DNA of 63,493 nucleotides from an archaeon. Its GTDB lineage: Archaea; Nanobdellota; Nanobdellia; SCGC-AAA011-G17; GW2011-AR20. The position numbers were made by a program, and so were the translations under genes. Positions 1 through 9,149 of this stretch are shown piece by piece (within the stretch, counting starts at the first letter, position 1; the number at the start of each line of letters is the position of its first letter). Under the pieces are notes generated by a model that was not told the origin of the DNA, ran no database searches, and was given only the letters and a program-made list of their open reading frames with translations. The stretch is taken from contig JAZDEO010000021.1 of NCBI GenBank assembly GCA_043808705.1, forward strand, positions 1-63,493, read 5' to 3'.

Positions 1-192
1 GCTGGAGATGGAGATGGTATTGATTGGCATCCTACTGGACCTATAGAATATTATATAGACAATTCTGACCCACAGTTCTTTATATTATCTGGAAGATGGA
101 ATCTAAGAAACCTTCAAAATGCTTATAACAATGAAACAAGACATAATGATGCAGGATTTGGACTGGAGAAAGCAGGATGGAGAGTAAAATAA
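1..192 (+). CDS. 3' end of a truncated CDS (hypothetical protein)
   Basis: Frame 1 is open from the window edge to TAA at 190-192 (…DGDGIDWHPTGPIEYY…AGWRVK*). No start codon lies in the window. Confidence 0.4.
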   Translation, partial: AGDGDGIDWHPTGPIEYYIDNSDPQFFILSGRWNLRNLQNAYNNETRHNDAGFGLEKAGWRVK

Positions 193-195
193 AAG

Positions 196-312
196 CGGGC
201 CCGAAGGGATTTGAACCCTCGGCCTACTCCTTTCTTCTCTGTTTAGGAGAGAGTCGCTCTATTTGCTCAATCTTTTTCTTTTTTTCAGATTTCCAAGCTG
301 AGCTACGAGCCC
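196..312 (-). tRNA. tRNA, tentatively Arg(CCT), with two putative introns
   Basis: Minus strand reads GGGCTCGTAGCTCAGC…GAGGGTTCAAATCCCTTCGGGCCCG. Acceptor is GGGCTCG/CGGGCCC and the T arm is GAGGG-TTCAAAT-CCCTT. The gene is 117 nt. Removing ~31 nt from the D-loop and 12 nt after CTCCTA gives a ~74-nt cloverleaf with anticodon stem ACTCT/GGAGT. Confidence 0.7.
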
Positions 313-379
313 TTACTTTAAAATTTAAGAAAATTGGTTTATTTAAAATTAACTTTTATGGAATTATAGAATTATTGAA

Positions 380-2197
380 TTAAATCCTTAAACTTACTTT
401 CTTATTTGAATCAAAGCTTTTCATAATTTCCTGGCCTGTCTTGCTTCTCTTATTTATCTTTAGTTCTCCTTTCTTTCCGATTCTAGCAGAAAAGAGATAG
501 GTGTCATCACTAAAAATATCAATTTCTTTTCCTCTTAAGGAGTTATCAACATAAAAGATTATGACATTGCTTTTTTCATTTAAATTATAGCTTATATCTT
601 CCTTGCCTTTACTCTCGTATAGAGGCTCAACATTTATATGAAGCCCTAGTTTTTTCTCTATGGCTTCAATATTTTTGCCATCTTTTCCAATAACCTTTCC
701 AATTTCTGATTCAGGAACATAAATATTTGCTTTACTTTCACTAATTAATTCAGCTTTAACATTTGGAATAAATTTTCTTAGTTCATTTTCAATATGTCTA
801 GAAGCTAGCTCTTTTGAAGCTGATTTTTTTTCTATATTTACTGGAATTACAACTGTTTCTTCACCATAGCTATAGATTTCAAATTCCAATTTGTTATTTT
901 CAAAGTCTCTTACTTCTACTACAGGTCTTGCAAGATCTTCTTCAACCATACCAGAAGGAACTTTGACAACCATCTGTAGATTTAAGACTTTATTAACAAA
1001 GCCGTCTTTAATAAAAATTACTGTATCAATAATTTGAGGAATAACTCCCAGCTCTGTTTTTCCAATAAATCTCTGGATAGCATCTATAGGATTTTTTGCA
1101 TGTAAAACTCCAGCAAGCCCTATTCCACTCAATCTTAGATCAGAAAACAATCTAAAGTCTTCAAAATTTCTCATTTCATCAAATAGAGTATAATCTGGCC
1201 TGCTTAAAAGTAAGACGTCATGAATTTCCTGAGCGCTTCCATGGGTTATAGAATATTGCGTTATATTCTCACTAAGCTGCAAGTCTCGAGGAGATTCTAT
1301 TGTTTTAACTATTCTACCCTTTGAAGCGTAAAATTCAGCTAAACTGCTGCAAAAAGTACTTTTTCCTTCACCTGGAGAACCTGCAATTAAAATTCCTTCC
1401 GCTTGTTTTTCAATTCTTAATTTAAGCTTGTCACTTAATTTGTAATCCTCTAAATTCATTTTTTTAATCGGTTTTACAGCTGTAATTTCATATGCATCTG
1501 AAAAAGGTGGCCTTGTAATAACAATTCTATAGTCTCCTAATTGAACTACTGTTGAGCCTCTTCTTTCTATTTCCAAGAAAGCGTCCTTTCTCATTTTAGC
1601 CTCTTCAATTATCTCTTTTGCTATATCAACTATATCTTCCTGTTGCATCTCTTTATCATCCAAACTTAAAAATTTCCAGTTTCCAGGCATTCCCTTTTTT
1701 GCATAAGGTTTTAGATTTTCTCTTAAATGAACGCTCATTGTTGTTTTATCAAAATATTTTTCAAGTTTTAGTTTTCTTTTTTTGATTACAGGCTCAATAT
1801 ACATAACCTTCATTCCTTTTGCCTCTCCAACTTTGCTTTGAACTTTATCTCCTGTAATTAGAACTGCATCTTCTGTATAGGCTAGCTCTCTTATTAAAGC
1901 GTCTATCTCTCCTAGAGAGGCATTTTTTATTTCAACTGCAGTTGGCCTTCTTCCTTTATACTCTATCTTGAATAATCCTTTATCGCTCAAATCCTTTAAT
2001 TTTTTTAGTTCGTCTAAACCAAGAAGCCCTATTGTTCTTCCAAGATTGGCTTGATGCTCTAGTTCAGCTAGAACAGCCTCGTGAATTATAACCTCATTTA
2101 CTGAAATTTCTTTCTTTCCTATCTTTTCAGATAATAAATTCTCAATTATTATTGAAGTGTCTGGTACTATTTTTTCTAATTTTTCTGTCTTTTCCAT
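380..2197 (-). CDS. PilT-family ATPase with N-terminal PIN and C-terminal KH domain (archaeal COG1855 type)
   Basis: PIN-like N-terminus (VPDTSIIIE), Walker A GSPGEGKST, and a C-terminal KH-like GKVIGKDGKNI motif. Confidence 0.85.
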   Translation of the reverse strand: MEKTEKLEKIVPDTSIIIENLLSEKIGKKEISVNEVIIHEAVLAELEHQANLGRTIGLLGLDELKKLKDLSDKGLFKIEYKGRRPTAVEIKNASLGEIDALIRELAYTEDAVLITGDKVQSKVGEAKGMKVMYIEPVIKKRKLKLEKYFDKTTMSVHLRENLKPYAKKGMPGNWKFLSLDDKEMQQEDIVDIAKEIIEEAKMRKDAFLEIERRGSTVVQLGDYRIVITRPPFSDAYEITAVKPIKKMNLEDYKLSDKLKLRIEKQAEGILIAGSPGEGKSTFCSSLAEFYASKGRIVKTIESPRDLQLSENITQYSITHGSAQEIHDVLLLSRPDYTLFDEMRNFEDFRLFSDLRLSGIGLAGVLHAKNPIDAIQRFIGKTELGVIPQIIDTVIFIKDGFVNKVLNLQMVVKVPSGMVEEDLARPVVEVRDFENNKLEFEIYSYGEETVVIPVNIEKKSASKELASRHIENELRKFIPNVKAELISESKANIYVPESEIGKVIGKDGKNIEAIEKKLGLHINVEPLYESKGKEDISYNLNEKSNVIIFYVDNSLRGKEIDIFSDDTYLFSARIGKKGELKINKRSKTGQEIMKSFDSNKKVSLRI

Positions 2198-2309
2198 AAA
2201 GTAAAATTAAGAAAAGGTGTTTTTAAAGGTTATGATTGAACATATTTTGATATTAGAAAATTATATAAAGTGGTTTTTACTTTATATTTATATGAAAAGA
2301 GGTAATTTA

Positions 2310-5300
2310 ATGAAATTTTTCTCTTTATTTATTATTTTAATATTAACAACATCTTTTCCTGTTAAAGCTAATGAACCGGGAGATAATCAAAGTGGAGATA
2401 ATAATGGTGAAGAAATAAACTCATCTGATATTGAAGCTAAGATTAATTCCATAATAACATATGCAGAAAGGTATGAAGCAGGCGTTATTGATTACTTACA
2501 GCTTATTATTCATGCTAATTCTATAAGAGAAGAGATAAATGAAATGCTGGGGGAAGATGCTTTTGAGATTATTGTAGAGAATGAATCAAGGGGTCTTGGT
2601 TTAACAGAAGAGGCTGTCAGAAATATTTTTGGAGACCCAACATATTATGAAGAATGGGTTTGGGTTGAAAATCTCGAACAAGATATGAAGATTGATAAGG
2701 CTGTACCAAGATGGGAAAAAAATGTATTTGATGGTAATAAAATACATATGAGTTTTAATGCCTGGCCGCATGTTCTGAAAGAGGGTGATGAATTAATCTT
2801 TTTCTACAGAGTTGATTTTGATATAAAATTCAAAAAGAATTATGATATAGATATAGACAATATTATTTCTGATGTTAAAGGAGATGCTGAGAATTATTAC
2901 AATACCGGCGAGGGAGAGGATAAGCTTATTGAAAAGATGATGTTTCATCAGAATATATTAATAGGTTATTTAGACCAGAACAGAGAGGATTGTATTAATA
3001 TCATGGATGAGTTATTGGGGAGTGAGAATAAAAAGAAAAAAGAGAACAGAATTGTCTGGAGGCTTGATTTTTATCATGATGAAAACTATAATTTAATATG
3101 TGAAGTTCATATGTGCGATGAATGTGAATGGCCCTGGGTGAATATAGACTTCAGAATTGAGGGAAATATGCCTATTGAAAAGGAATTTATGGATACAGGG
3201 TCTGATAAGGAATATTACAGGGGACTTGAAATTGTTGAATTAAATAATATGCTGGAAAAAGATATTGAGGAGATAAGTAGAATATCCTCTGATATGGAAA
3301 ATAATCTTGAGAGGTTTTTTGTATTAAAAAGCGAAATTGATAAGATAAGCCAGATTCTTGATGAAAAATATTACAATAATTTGAATGAAGATGAGAAAAA
3401 AGAGATATTTAAAGAAAGGCTTAATTTTCTGGATGGGGTTTTAAATAAATATGGAAATATTGAAAAATCCCCGTTTGATGAAACAAGATATGAAATTGCT
3501 ATTTTCAAAGATGTTATTGAAAGGCAGGATTCTTGGTGCATGTATATTGAAGATGAACAGTGCGGATTGGAAGAGGGTTGTTATAATGGAGAATGTATTT
3601 ATGCTTTGGGTGGTGTAGAAGATTGCGGCAATGGTATTGATGATGACAATGATAATATAATTGATTGTAATGATCCTGACTGTGCAAGGGACTGCGGAAG
3701 ATTATGCGAGGGGGTTTGCACAGGAGAAGAGGGTTGTTGGAGTAATACTGATGAATTATGCAAAGATACTTGTAAAAGCAGCGGATGTTGGGATTGTAAG
3801 GAAAATTGCGACAGTGTATGTGGGGAATGTTGGAAATGCACAAATTCTGATGATTTAAAAGAGGTTTGTCATGATTGCTGGATATGCCAAGATGATTCAT
3901 ATGGCCATGGATGCAGAGAGGAATGCGAATCTTGCAATGAATGCAGGGAAAATTTAGAAGATGGTGAAGAAGGATGCGAGAGTGAATGCGAATCTTGCAA
4001 TGAATGCGAGAGTGAATGGAACAATAAGAATTGCAAGGAAAAGTGCGGAGAAGATGAATTATGCTTAAATGCTTGTAAAGGAGAAATTATAGAATGTGAA
4101 GAAGGATTTTTTGATTGCGATTTTAATGGAGAATGCGAATCAAAAGAACCTTGTAAATCTGATATGGAGATTTGTGATGATAAAACAGATAATAATAATG
4201 ATGGTTTTATAGATTGCGAAGACATAGGGGCATGTCAAGATAAAAGATGTGATGAAGGTAAATCTTGTTCTGATGGTATGTGTACAGAAATTTATGTGGA
4301 AGAGATTGGAGAGGAATTAGAAGAAGGAGAGGAAGGGACAGGAATTGAAGAAGATGTGCTTGAAGAAGAACATGAAGAAGGAGAAGAATCTGGATGCGAA
4401 CGTGTTGAAAACTGTGGGGAAAATTCAATTTGTTCTAATGCTAGGTGCAGATATATTGATGTTATAATTGAAGAATATGAAGAAGATGTTGGGAGAGAAG
4501 TTAGTGGGAGTATAGAAGAGACAGTAGAAGAGGTTACTGAAGAAGTGCCTGGCAGGGAGCCAGAGGAAATAGAGTCTGAGGCAGAACCAGAACCTGAAAG
4601 AGAATCTTCACCAGAACCTTCACCTGAAGTAACTAGTGAGTCTGTATTAGATATAATGCTTGGGCGAGTAATCGGATGGGTTACACAGGAGGGATGTGAA
4701 AGTGATGAAGATTGTGGCAAAGGGAGATCTTGCGATACATTTAGGAATAAATGTTATTGTGAATATGGACTTTTTGATTGTAATGGCGGGGGTGAAGGAA
4801 ATGATAAAGATGGTTGCGAGAGCGAAGATCCCACATGTGGTGGTAAGAGAGAGCTCTGTCCTGGTGGATGCCGTGAACATCAATATTGCAATGAAAAGGT
4901 TGGTTGGTGCGAATGTGAAAAGGGTTTTAGGGATTGTGATGGAGACTGGATGAATGGTTGTGAAATAACTGAAGAGGAATGCAAGGGTTGCAAAACAGAC
5001 GAGGATTGCGCAGAGCCGAGATGCTCTGAACAGGGCAATGTTATACAAAAATTTGGGTGCATGAAAGGAGAATCATGGATAGAGGAAAAAGGGCAGTTTG
5101 GACTGGGCGGTGGATGTGTTGTGAATCCCACTGGAAGAATAGATCCTTATATTGATTTTTATGCATGGGGCGAAAAATTTGACAGGTTGGAACAGAGAAG
5201 GAGAATTGAGCAAATGAGCATGCATAAGGGCTGGTGCGAATGGGAACTTGAAAATGTTAAAAAAGAGAGGAAAGAGATTGAAGATTCCTTAAATGAAGAA

Positions 5301-6146
5301 TTTTACCAATGGTTTTTTGAAGAATATGTAAATATAGATCCTGAGAATTTCGAGAGATATATTGGAGGAATATGGGATATTTATTGGAGGATAGTTGATG
5401 TTGATAGAAAAACAGCCGAGATGCTGAATTGTTTAGATATAGAAACATGGCCAGAAGAATATAAAGAGATTAATATAAAATATGAGGGGGATTACGGAAA
5501 TGTTGAAATCTGGGAAGAAAGAAAAGAAGTTGATTTTAATATGGGCTCTAAAGAGTTTCGCGACAAAAGAGAGATGTTTTCGCCTTATATGAAGGCGTGG
5601 ATATTCCCTAATAAAGAATTTGTTAAAAATATGTTTATTGAAAAAATGAAGACGGGTGAATTTTTAGGACCACCAGATGAGCATAGAAGTAGTTTAAGTC
5701 CAAGTGATTTAGAAAAAATAAGGCAGGATGAAGAAGTAATGGGGATTATTAATGAATTAATTGAAAAATATAAAGATGCTGAATTATTTTTTGTTATAAA
5801 GGATAATGAGGAGATCTTATTCAAAATGTTGATAAATGTAAATGAAAATGTTCTTATTAATGCCCAAGTCAATAAAGATCCTGTAGATGAGCCTGATGTT
5901 TATTTCGAGGCTGATTTTGATTTTATTTATAACATGATTGAAAAACAAGAAAAAAGTATAAATGGTGACAAAGTAGAGAATCCGCCATGGGAAAAAAAGG
6001 AGGGAATTGGAAATACTATAAAAGAGATAACAAATAATGCAGAGATGGCAACTGTAATTTTTGGCGGTATTGTATCTGGTGACGTCAAGATAAAACCTTT
6101 AACTGGTCTAAAGTATATGAGATTAATGGATTATATTCTTAAATAA
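2310..6146 (+). CDS. Large secreted Cys/Asp/Glu-rich protein
   Basis: Start moved to the in-frame ATG at 2310, which gives signal peptide MKFFSLFIILILTTSFPVKA. The central ~500 aa are packed with Cys motifs (CESCNEC twice, DCGNGIDDDNDNIIDCNDPDC) and acidic linkers. Confidence 0.85.
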   Translation: MKFFSLFIILILTTSFPVKANEPGDNQSGDNNGEEINSSDIEAKINSIITYAERYEAGVIDYLQLIIHANSIREEINEMLGEDAFEIIVENESRGLGLTEEAVRNIFGDPTYYEEWVWVENLEQDMKIDKAVPRWEKNVFDGNKIHMSFNAWPHVLKEGDELIFFYRVDFDIKFKKNYDIDIDNIISDVKGDAENYYNTGEGEDKLIEKMMFHQNILIGYLDQNREDCINIMDELLGSENKKKKENRIVWRLDFYHDENYNLICEVHMCDECEWPWVNIDFRIEGNMPIEKEFMDTGSDKEYYRGLEIVELNNMLEKDIEEISRISSDMENNLERFFVLKSEIDKISQILDEKYYNNLNEDEKKEIFKERLNFLDGVLNKYGNIEKSPFDETRYEIAIFKDVIERQDSWCMYIEDEQCGLEEGCYNGECIYALGGVEDCGNGIDDDNDNIIDCNDPDCARDCGRLCEGVCTGEEGCWSNTDELCKDTCKSSGCWDCKENCDSVCGECWKCTNSDDLKEVCHDCWICQDDSYGHGCREECESCNECRENLEDGEEGCESECESCNECESEWNNKNCKEKCGEDELCLNACKGEIIECEEGFFDCDFNGECESKEPCKSDMEICDDKTDNNNDGFIDCEDIGACQDKRCDEGKSCSDGMCTEIYVEEIGEELEEGEEGTGIEEDVLEEEHEEGEESGCERVENCGENSICSNARCRYIDVIIEEYEEDVGREVSGSIEETVEEVTEEVPGREPEEIESEAEPEPERESSPEPSPEVTSESVLDIMLGRVIGWVTQEGCESDEDCGKGRSCDTFRNKCYCEYGLFDCNGGGEGNDKDGCESEDPTCGGKRELCPGGCREHQYCNEKVGWCECEKGFRDCDGDWMNGCEITEEECKGCKTDEDCAEPRCSEQGNVIQKFGCMKGESWIEEKGQFGLGGGCVVNPTGRIDPYIDFYAWGEKFDRLEQRRRIEQMSMHKGWCEWELENVKKERKEIEDSLNEEFYQWFFEEYVNIDPENFERYIGGIWDIYWRIVDVDRKTAEMLNCLDIETWPEEYKEINIKYEGDYGNVEIWEERKEVDFNMGSKEFRDKREMFSPYMKAWIFPNKEFVKNMFIEKMKTGEFLGPPDEHRSSLSPSDLEKIRQDEEVMGIINELIEKYKDAELFFVIKDNEEILFKMLINVNENVLINAQVNKDPVDEPDVYFEADFDFIYNMIEKQEKSINGDKVENPPWEKKEGIGNTIKEITNNAEMATVIFGGIVSGDVKIKPLTGLKYMRLMDYILK

Positions 6147-6147
6147 A

Positions 6148-6873
6148 TTAAAACTTCCTAAAAAAAACTAAGAAAGCTGTATGACCTAACATCTCGTTTT
6201 TTGGCCTTACCTTTAGGTCTTCAACAAACCATTCTCTTTCTAAGATTTCTGTGCATTTTTCAAAATACAAATTAAAACTTTTAGCTTCTTCGACTAATTT
6301 GTCTACTTGTTTTATTGTTGGTAAATAACAAACTAAATAAGAGCCTGATTTTAATATGTTAATGTTCTTTAAAAATCTCCATGGCTCATTTAAGTCAAGA
6401 ACAATCAAATCAAAAAAAGATTCTTTTTTCTCCTCTACATCTTCATAAACATCCTTTAGTTTTAAATCAACATTTTTTATCTCAAGTTTTTCAATATTTT
6501 TTTTAACAATATCGTAAAAATCTTTCTTTATTTCATAACTATAGACTTTTTTTACAAAATTTGCCAACATAATACAAAGTTGACCTGAGCCAGAGCCAGC
6601 TTCTAAAACTATTGAATCTTTGCCTATGCCTGTATAAGCCAATATTATCCCAATGTCTTTTAGATGTGTGGTAGCTGCTCCTCTCTTTATTTTTTCTAGA
6701 TTGTCTTTAAAATTAGCATCAAAAATCAAAAATTCTTTATCCCAATTTGAATATACTTTTTCTTTACCTTTTATAATGTCTTCTTCTTTTATGACACCAA
6801 ACATAGTATGTAAATCAGATTTTTCCCAATAAATCTTGTTGTCCTTTCTGTCTATTAAGATTTTTTTAATCAT
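6148..6873 (-). CDS. trmI: tRNA (adenine-N1)-methyltransferase, TrmI/GCD14 family
   Basis: SAM motif VLEAGSGSGQL, with length and layout typical of TrmI. Confidence 0.75.
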   Translation of the reverse strand: MIKKILIDRKDNKIYWEKSDLHTMFGVIKEEDIIKGKEKVYSNWDKEFLIFDANFKDNLEKIKRGAATTHLKDIGIILAYTGIGKDSIVLEAGSGSGQLCIMLANFVKKVYSYEIKKDFYDIVKKNIEKLEIKNVDLKLKDVYEDVEEKKESFFDLIVLDLNEPWRFLKNINILKSGSYLVCYLPTIKQVDKLVEEAKSFNLYFEKCTEILEREWFVEDLKVRPKNEMLGHTAFLVFFRKF

Positions 6874-6878
6874 TTTTC

Positions 6879-7328
6879 TTATTTTATATATTTAATAAAT
6901 TCATAATATAATTGGCCTTTTTCATAGTTATGTTTTTGAAGTAGATTTAAAACCTTCTTACTTTTTGAGAACCCATAAATTGTAATTACTTTTAATTTTC
7001 TTTTCTTGCATTCTTCCTCAGCTTTTAATAAAAGTCTTTCCCCTATACCTCTACCTTGAAACTGTTTTTTTACTGCTGACATCCAAAAAATACAACAATT
7101 TCCAGTTATTCTTTCTCCTAATATAAAACCTATAACCTTTTTATTAATTTCAGCAACAAAAAAAATTTGATTTTCTTTAATGAAAGATTGAATCCACCAT
7201 AATTTTGGCGGTTCTCCAGAAGGATCTAATAATTCTGGAGTTTTACACAAGTCATAAACTACTTTACAATCTTTTTGATTAGCTGCTCTTATTATCATTT
7301 TATTTATTATGTATACTTTGTTAATCAA
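6879..7328 (-). CDS. GNAT family N-acetyltransferase
   Basis: Acetyl-CoA motif QFQGRGIGERLL. The true start may be the internal MIIRAA at 7298. Confidence 0.8.
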   Translation of the reverse strand: MINKVYIINKMIIRAANQKDCKVVYDLCKTPELLDPSGEPPKLWWIQSFIKENQIFFVAEINKKVIGFILGERITGNCCIFWMSAVKKQFQGRGIGERLLLKAEEECKKRKLKVITIYGFSKSKKVLNLLQKHNYEKGQLYYEFIKYIK

Positions 7329-7390
7329 TTTTAACAGATGTAAATTATATTTAACATACCCCGTGCTCTTATCTGTAATTTTAGGTTAAA

Positions 7391-7502
7391 ATGTGGGAGA
7401 CAGGGATCGAACCTGCGTAGGGACTAACCCAGTAGGTATCTCATAGCGATCTTGAGCTTGGGCAATTTCTTTCTACCCCGTTTGACCGCTCCGGCACTCC
7501 CA
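7391..7502 (-). tRNA. Type II tRNA, tentatively Leu(CAA), with ~28 nt of intronic sequence
   Basis: Minus strand reads GTGGGAG-TG-CCG-GAGCGGTCAAA-CGG…GCAGG-TTCGATC-CCTGT-CTCCCAC-A. It has a long variable arm (TGGGTTAGTCCCTAC). A CTCAAGA heptamer fits a Leu(CAA) loop only if 15 nt and 13 nt flanking segments are removed. Confidence 0.65.
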
Positions 7503-7614
7503 CATGGTATTTAATAAAAAGTGCTTGTTTTAAAAGGTTTTTATTTTATAGTATGTATGAAAATAGATTGAAAATTTAGTTAAATTTATTAATTAGATTG
7601 TAAGTATTAATAAC

Positions 7615-7860
7615 ATGATTGATTATTCACGGGCGAAGAAAAAAATATTTAATACAAAATGGCACAGATGGGCTAATATGTCTCTTTTAATAGCAATTGT
7701 ATCTATCTGTTTTTTTCTTCTTTTTCTTATGTTGATTTATACTTATAACTTAAACTTTCTAATTTTTTACTTACTTCTAACTTTATATGCTATAATCGCT
7801 TGTATTTCTCTGATTTGTGTTATGTTTTTTTCTGTAAAATCTTTTGAGAAGTATCCTTAG
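7615..7860 (+). CDS. Small membrane protein (hypothetical)
   Basis: 81-aa ORF with two hydrophobic segments. No recognisable family. Confidence 0.4.
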   Translation: MIDYSRAKKKIFNTKWHRWANMSLLIAIVSICFFLLFLMLIYTYNLNFLIFYLLLTLYAIIACISLICVMFFSVKSFEKYP

Positions 7861-7891
7861 TTAAAGTATCCTACCGCATAACATATCGATT

Positions 7892-7918
7892 TAGATATAT
7901 CTAGTTTGATATATCTAG
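7892..7918. promoter_or_regulatory. Candidate operator: two copies of GATATATCTAG, each containing the palindrome AGATATATCT
   Basis: Copies at 7894-7904 and 7908-7918, about 50 nt upstream of the PadR start. Further ATATCG repeats flank them. Confidence 0.3.
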
Positions 7919-7968
7919 AACAATATATCGAAAGCTTTATATATCAGTTTAGACATATCGATGTTGAT

Positions 7969-8454
7969 ATGAAATTAGACATTATAATATTAAGTGTATT
8001 GGAAAAGGGAGATAGAACTGGATATTCTTTAATGAAACTTATAAAAGAGGATATGGGCTGGAAACCTTCTCCAGGCTCTATGTATCCTAGTTTAAAATCT
8101 TTATTAGAAAAGAAATATGTTACTGTAATTAAAAAAGAGAACAAAAAAATATATAACATAACTGAAGATGGAAGAAATATATTAAGTGAATTTAAGAAGG
8201 GAAAGGATATTTATTTAAATGAAGTAAAAAAACATATGAGTATATTTAATCATGTTTGTGATTCAAAGGAAATCAAGATAATATCAGATATGTTGGATAA
8301 AATAAAGGAGGATGGTGGGCTTTTAAACTTGATTAATAAAGATTTTATTGATTTTAAGATGGAGATAATAAAGAAGGCATCAAATCCAAAAACGAGAGAT
8401 AGATTAAAGTTGTTTATTAAAAAATCATTAAAAGAATTGAAGAGGATAGAATGA
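7969..8454 (+). CDS. PadR family transcriptional regulator
   Basis: wHTH motif LSVLEKGDRTGYSLMKLI…PSPGSMYPSLKSLLEKKYV. Start chosen at the in-frame ATG 7969. Confidence 0.8.
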   Translation: MKLDIIILSVLEKGDRTGYSLMKLIKEDMGWKPSPGSMYPSLKSLLEKKYVTVIKKENKKIYNITEDGRNILSEFKKGKDIYLNEVKKHMSIFNHVCDSKEIKIISDMLDKIKEDGGLLNLINKDFIDFKMEIIKKASNPKTRDRLKLFIKKSLKELKRIE

Positions 8455-9149
8455 TAAAAAGATATCCTGAAAGATTAAAAACCTTAATACAGTTAAGGAA
8501 TGTTGAAAAGATATATAAGATTGGAGAAGTGGAAGTTCCTGCATTACGAGGACTTAATCTAATCGTGAGAGAAGGTGAATTTTTAGCTGTACTAGGTCCT
8601 AGTGGATCTGGAAAATCGACAATGTTAAACTCTGTAGGCTGTTTAGATATTCCTACAAGAGGAACTATACATTTAGGTGAATTTGATATTGAATCATTAT
8701 CTGAATCTGATTTGGCCCAAATAAGAGGGAAAAAAATTGGATTTATTTTTCAATCATTTAATTTAATAGATAGCTTAACTGCCTTAGAAAATGTTATGTT
8801 ACCTATGGTCTTTCAAAAGGTTCCTGAAGAAAAAAGAAGGAAGAGAGCAATAATGTTATTAGAAAAAGTTGGACTAGGCCATAGAATTAATCATAGACCC
8901 TCGGAAATCTCGGGCGGCCAGCAGCAGCGAGTTGCTATTGCAAGAGCTTTATCAAATAATCCTGAAGTCATATTAGCTGATGAACCTACTGGAAATTTGG
9001 ATAGTAAGACTAGTGATGAGATTTTAAGATTTTTAAAGGAATTAAATGATAAAGAAGGAAAAACAATAGTTATGATAACTCATGATAGTGATTCAGCTTC
9101 TTATGCAAAAAGAATAGTTCATTTAAAAGATGGGAGGATAGAAGAATGA
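8451..9149 (+). CDS. ABC transporter ATP-binding protein (MacB/LolD-like)
   Basis: Walker A GPSGSGKST, signature LSGGQQQRVAIARAL, Walker B ILADEPT. Its start overlaps the PadR stop. Confidence 0.9.
   Translation: MIKRYPERLKTLIQLRNVEKIYKIGEVEVPALRGLNLIVREGEFLAVLGPSGSGKSTMLNSVGCLDIPTRGTIHLGEFDIESLSESDLAQIRGKKIGFIFQSFNLIDSLTALENVMLPMVFQKVPEEKRRKRAIMLLEKVGLGHRINHRPSEISGGQQQRVAIARALSNNPEVILADEPTGNLDSKTSDEILRFLKELNDKEGKTIVMITHDSDSASYAKRIVHLKDGRIEE

Noticed and set aside
177-383. 68-aa plus-strand ORF.
   Set aside because: It lies almost entirely across the minus-strand tRNA gene (196-312) and has no coding-like features.
3514-5131. Many overlapping and antisense ORFs (3514-3900, 3599-3841, 3869-4225, 4292-4720, 4647-5048 and others) inside the 2310-6146 gene.
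   Set aside because: They translate to Ser/Leu/His-rich low-complexity strings. They are the expected shadow frames of a GAA/GAT/TGT-rich coding region. The plus-frame product has a signal peptide and coherent motifs.
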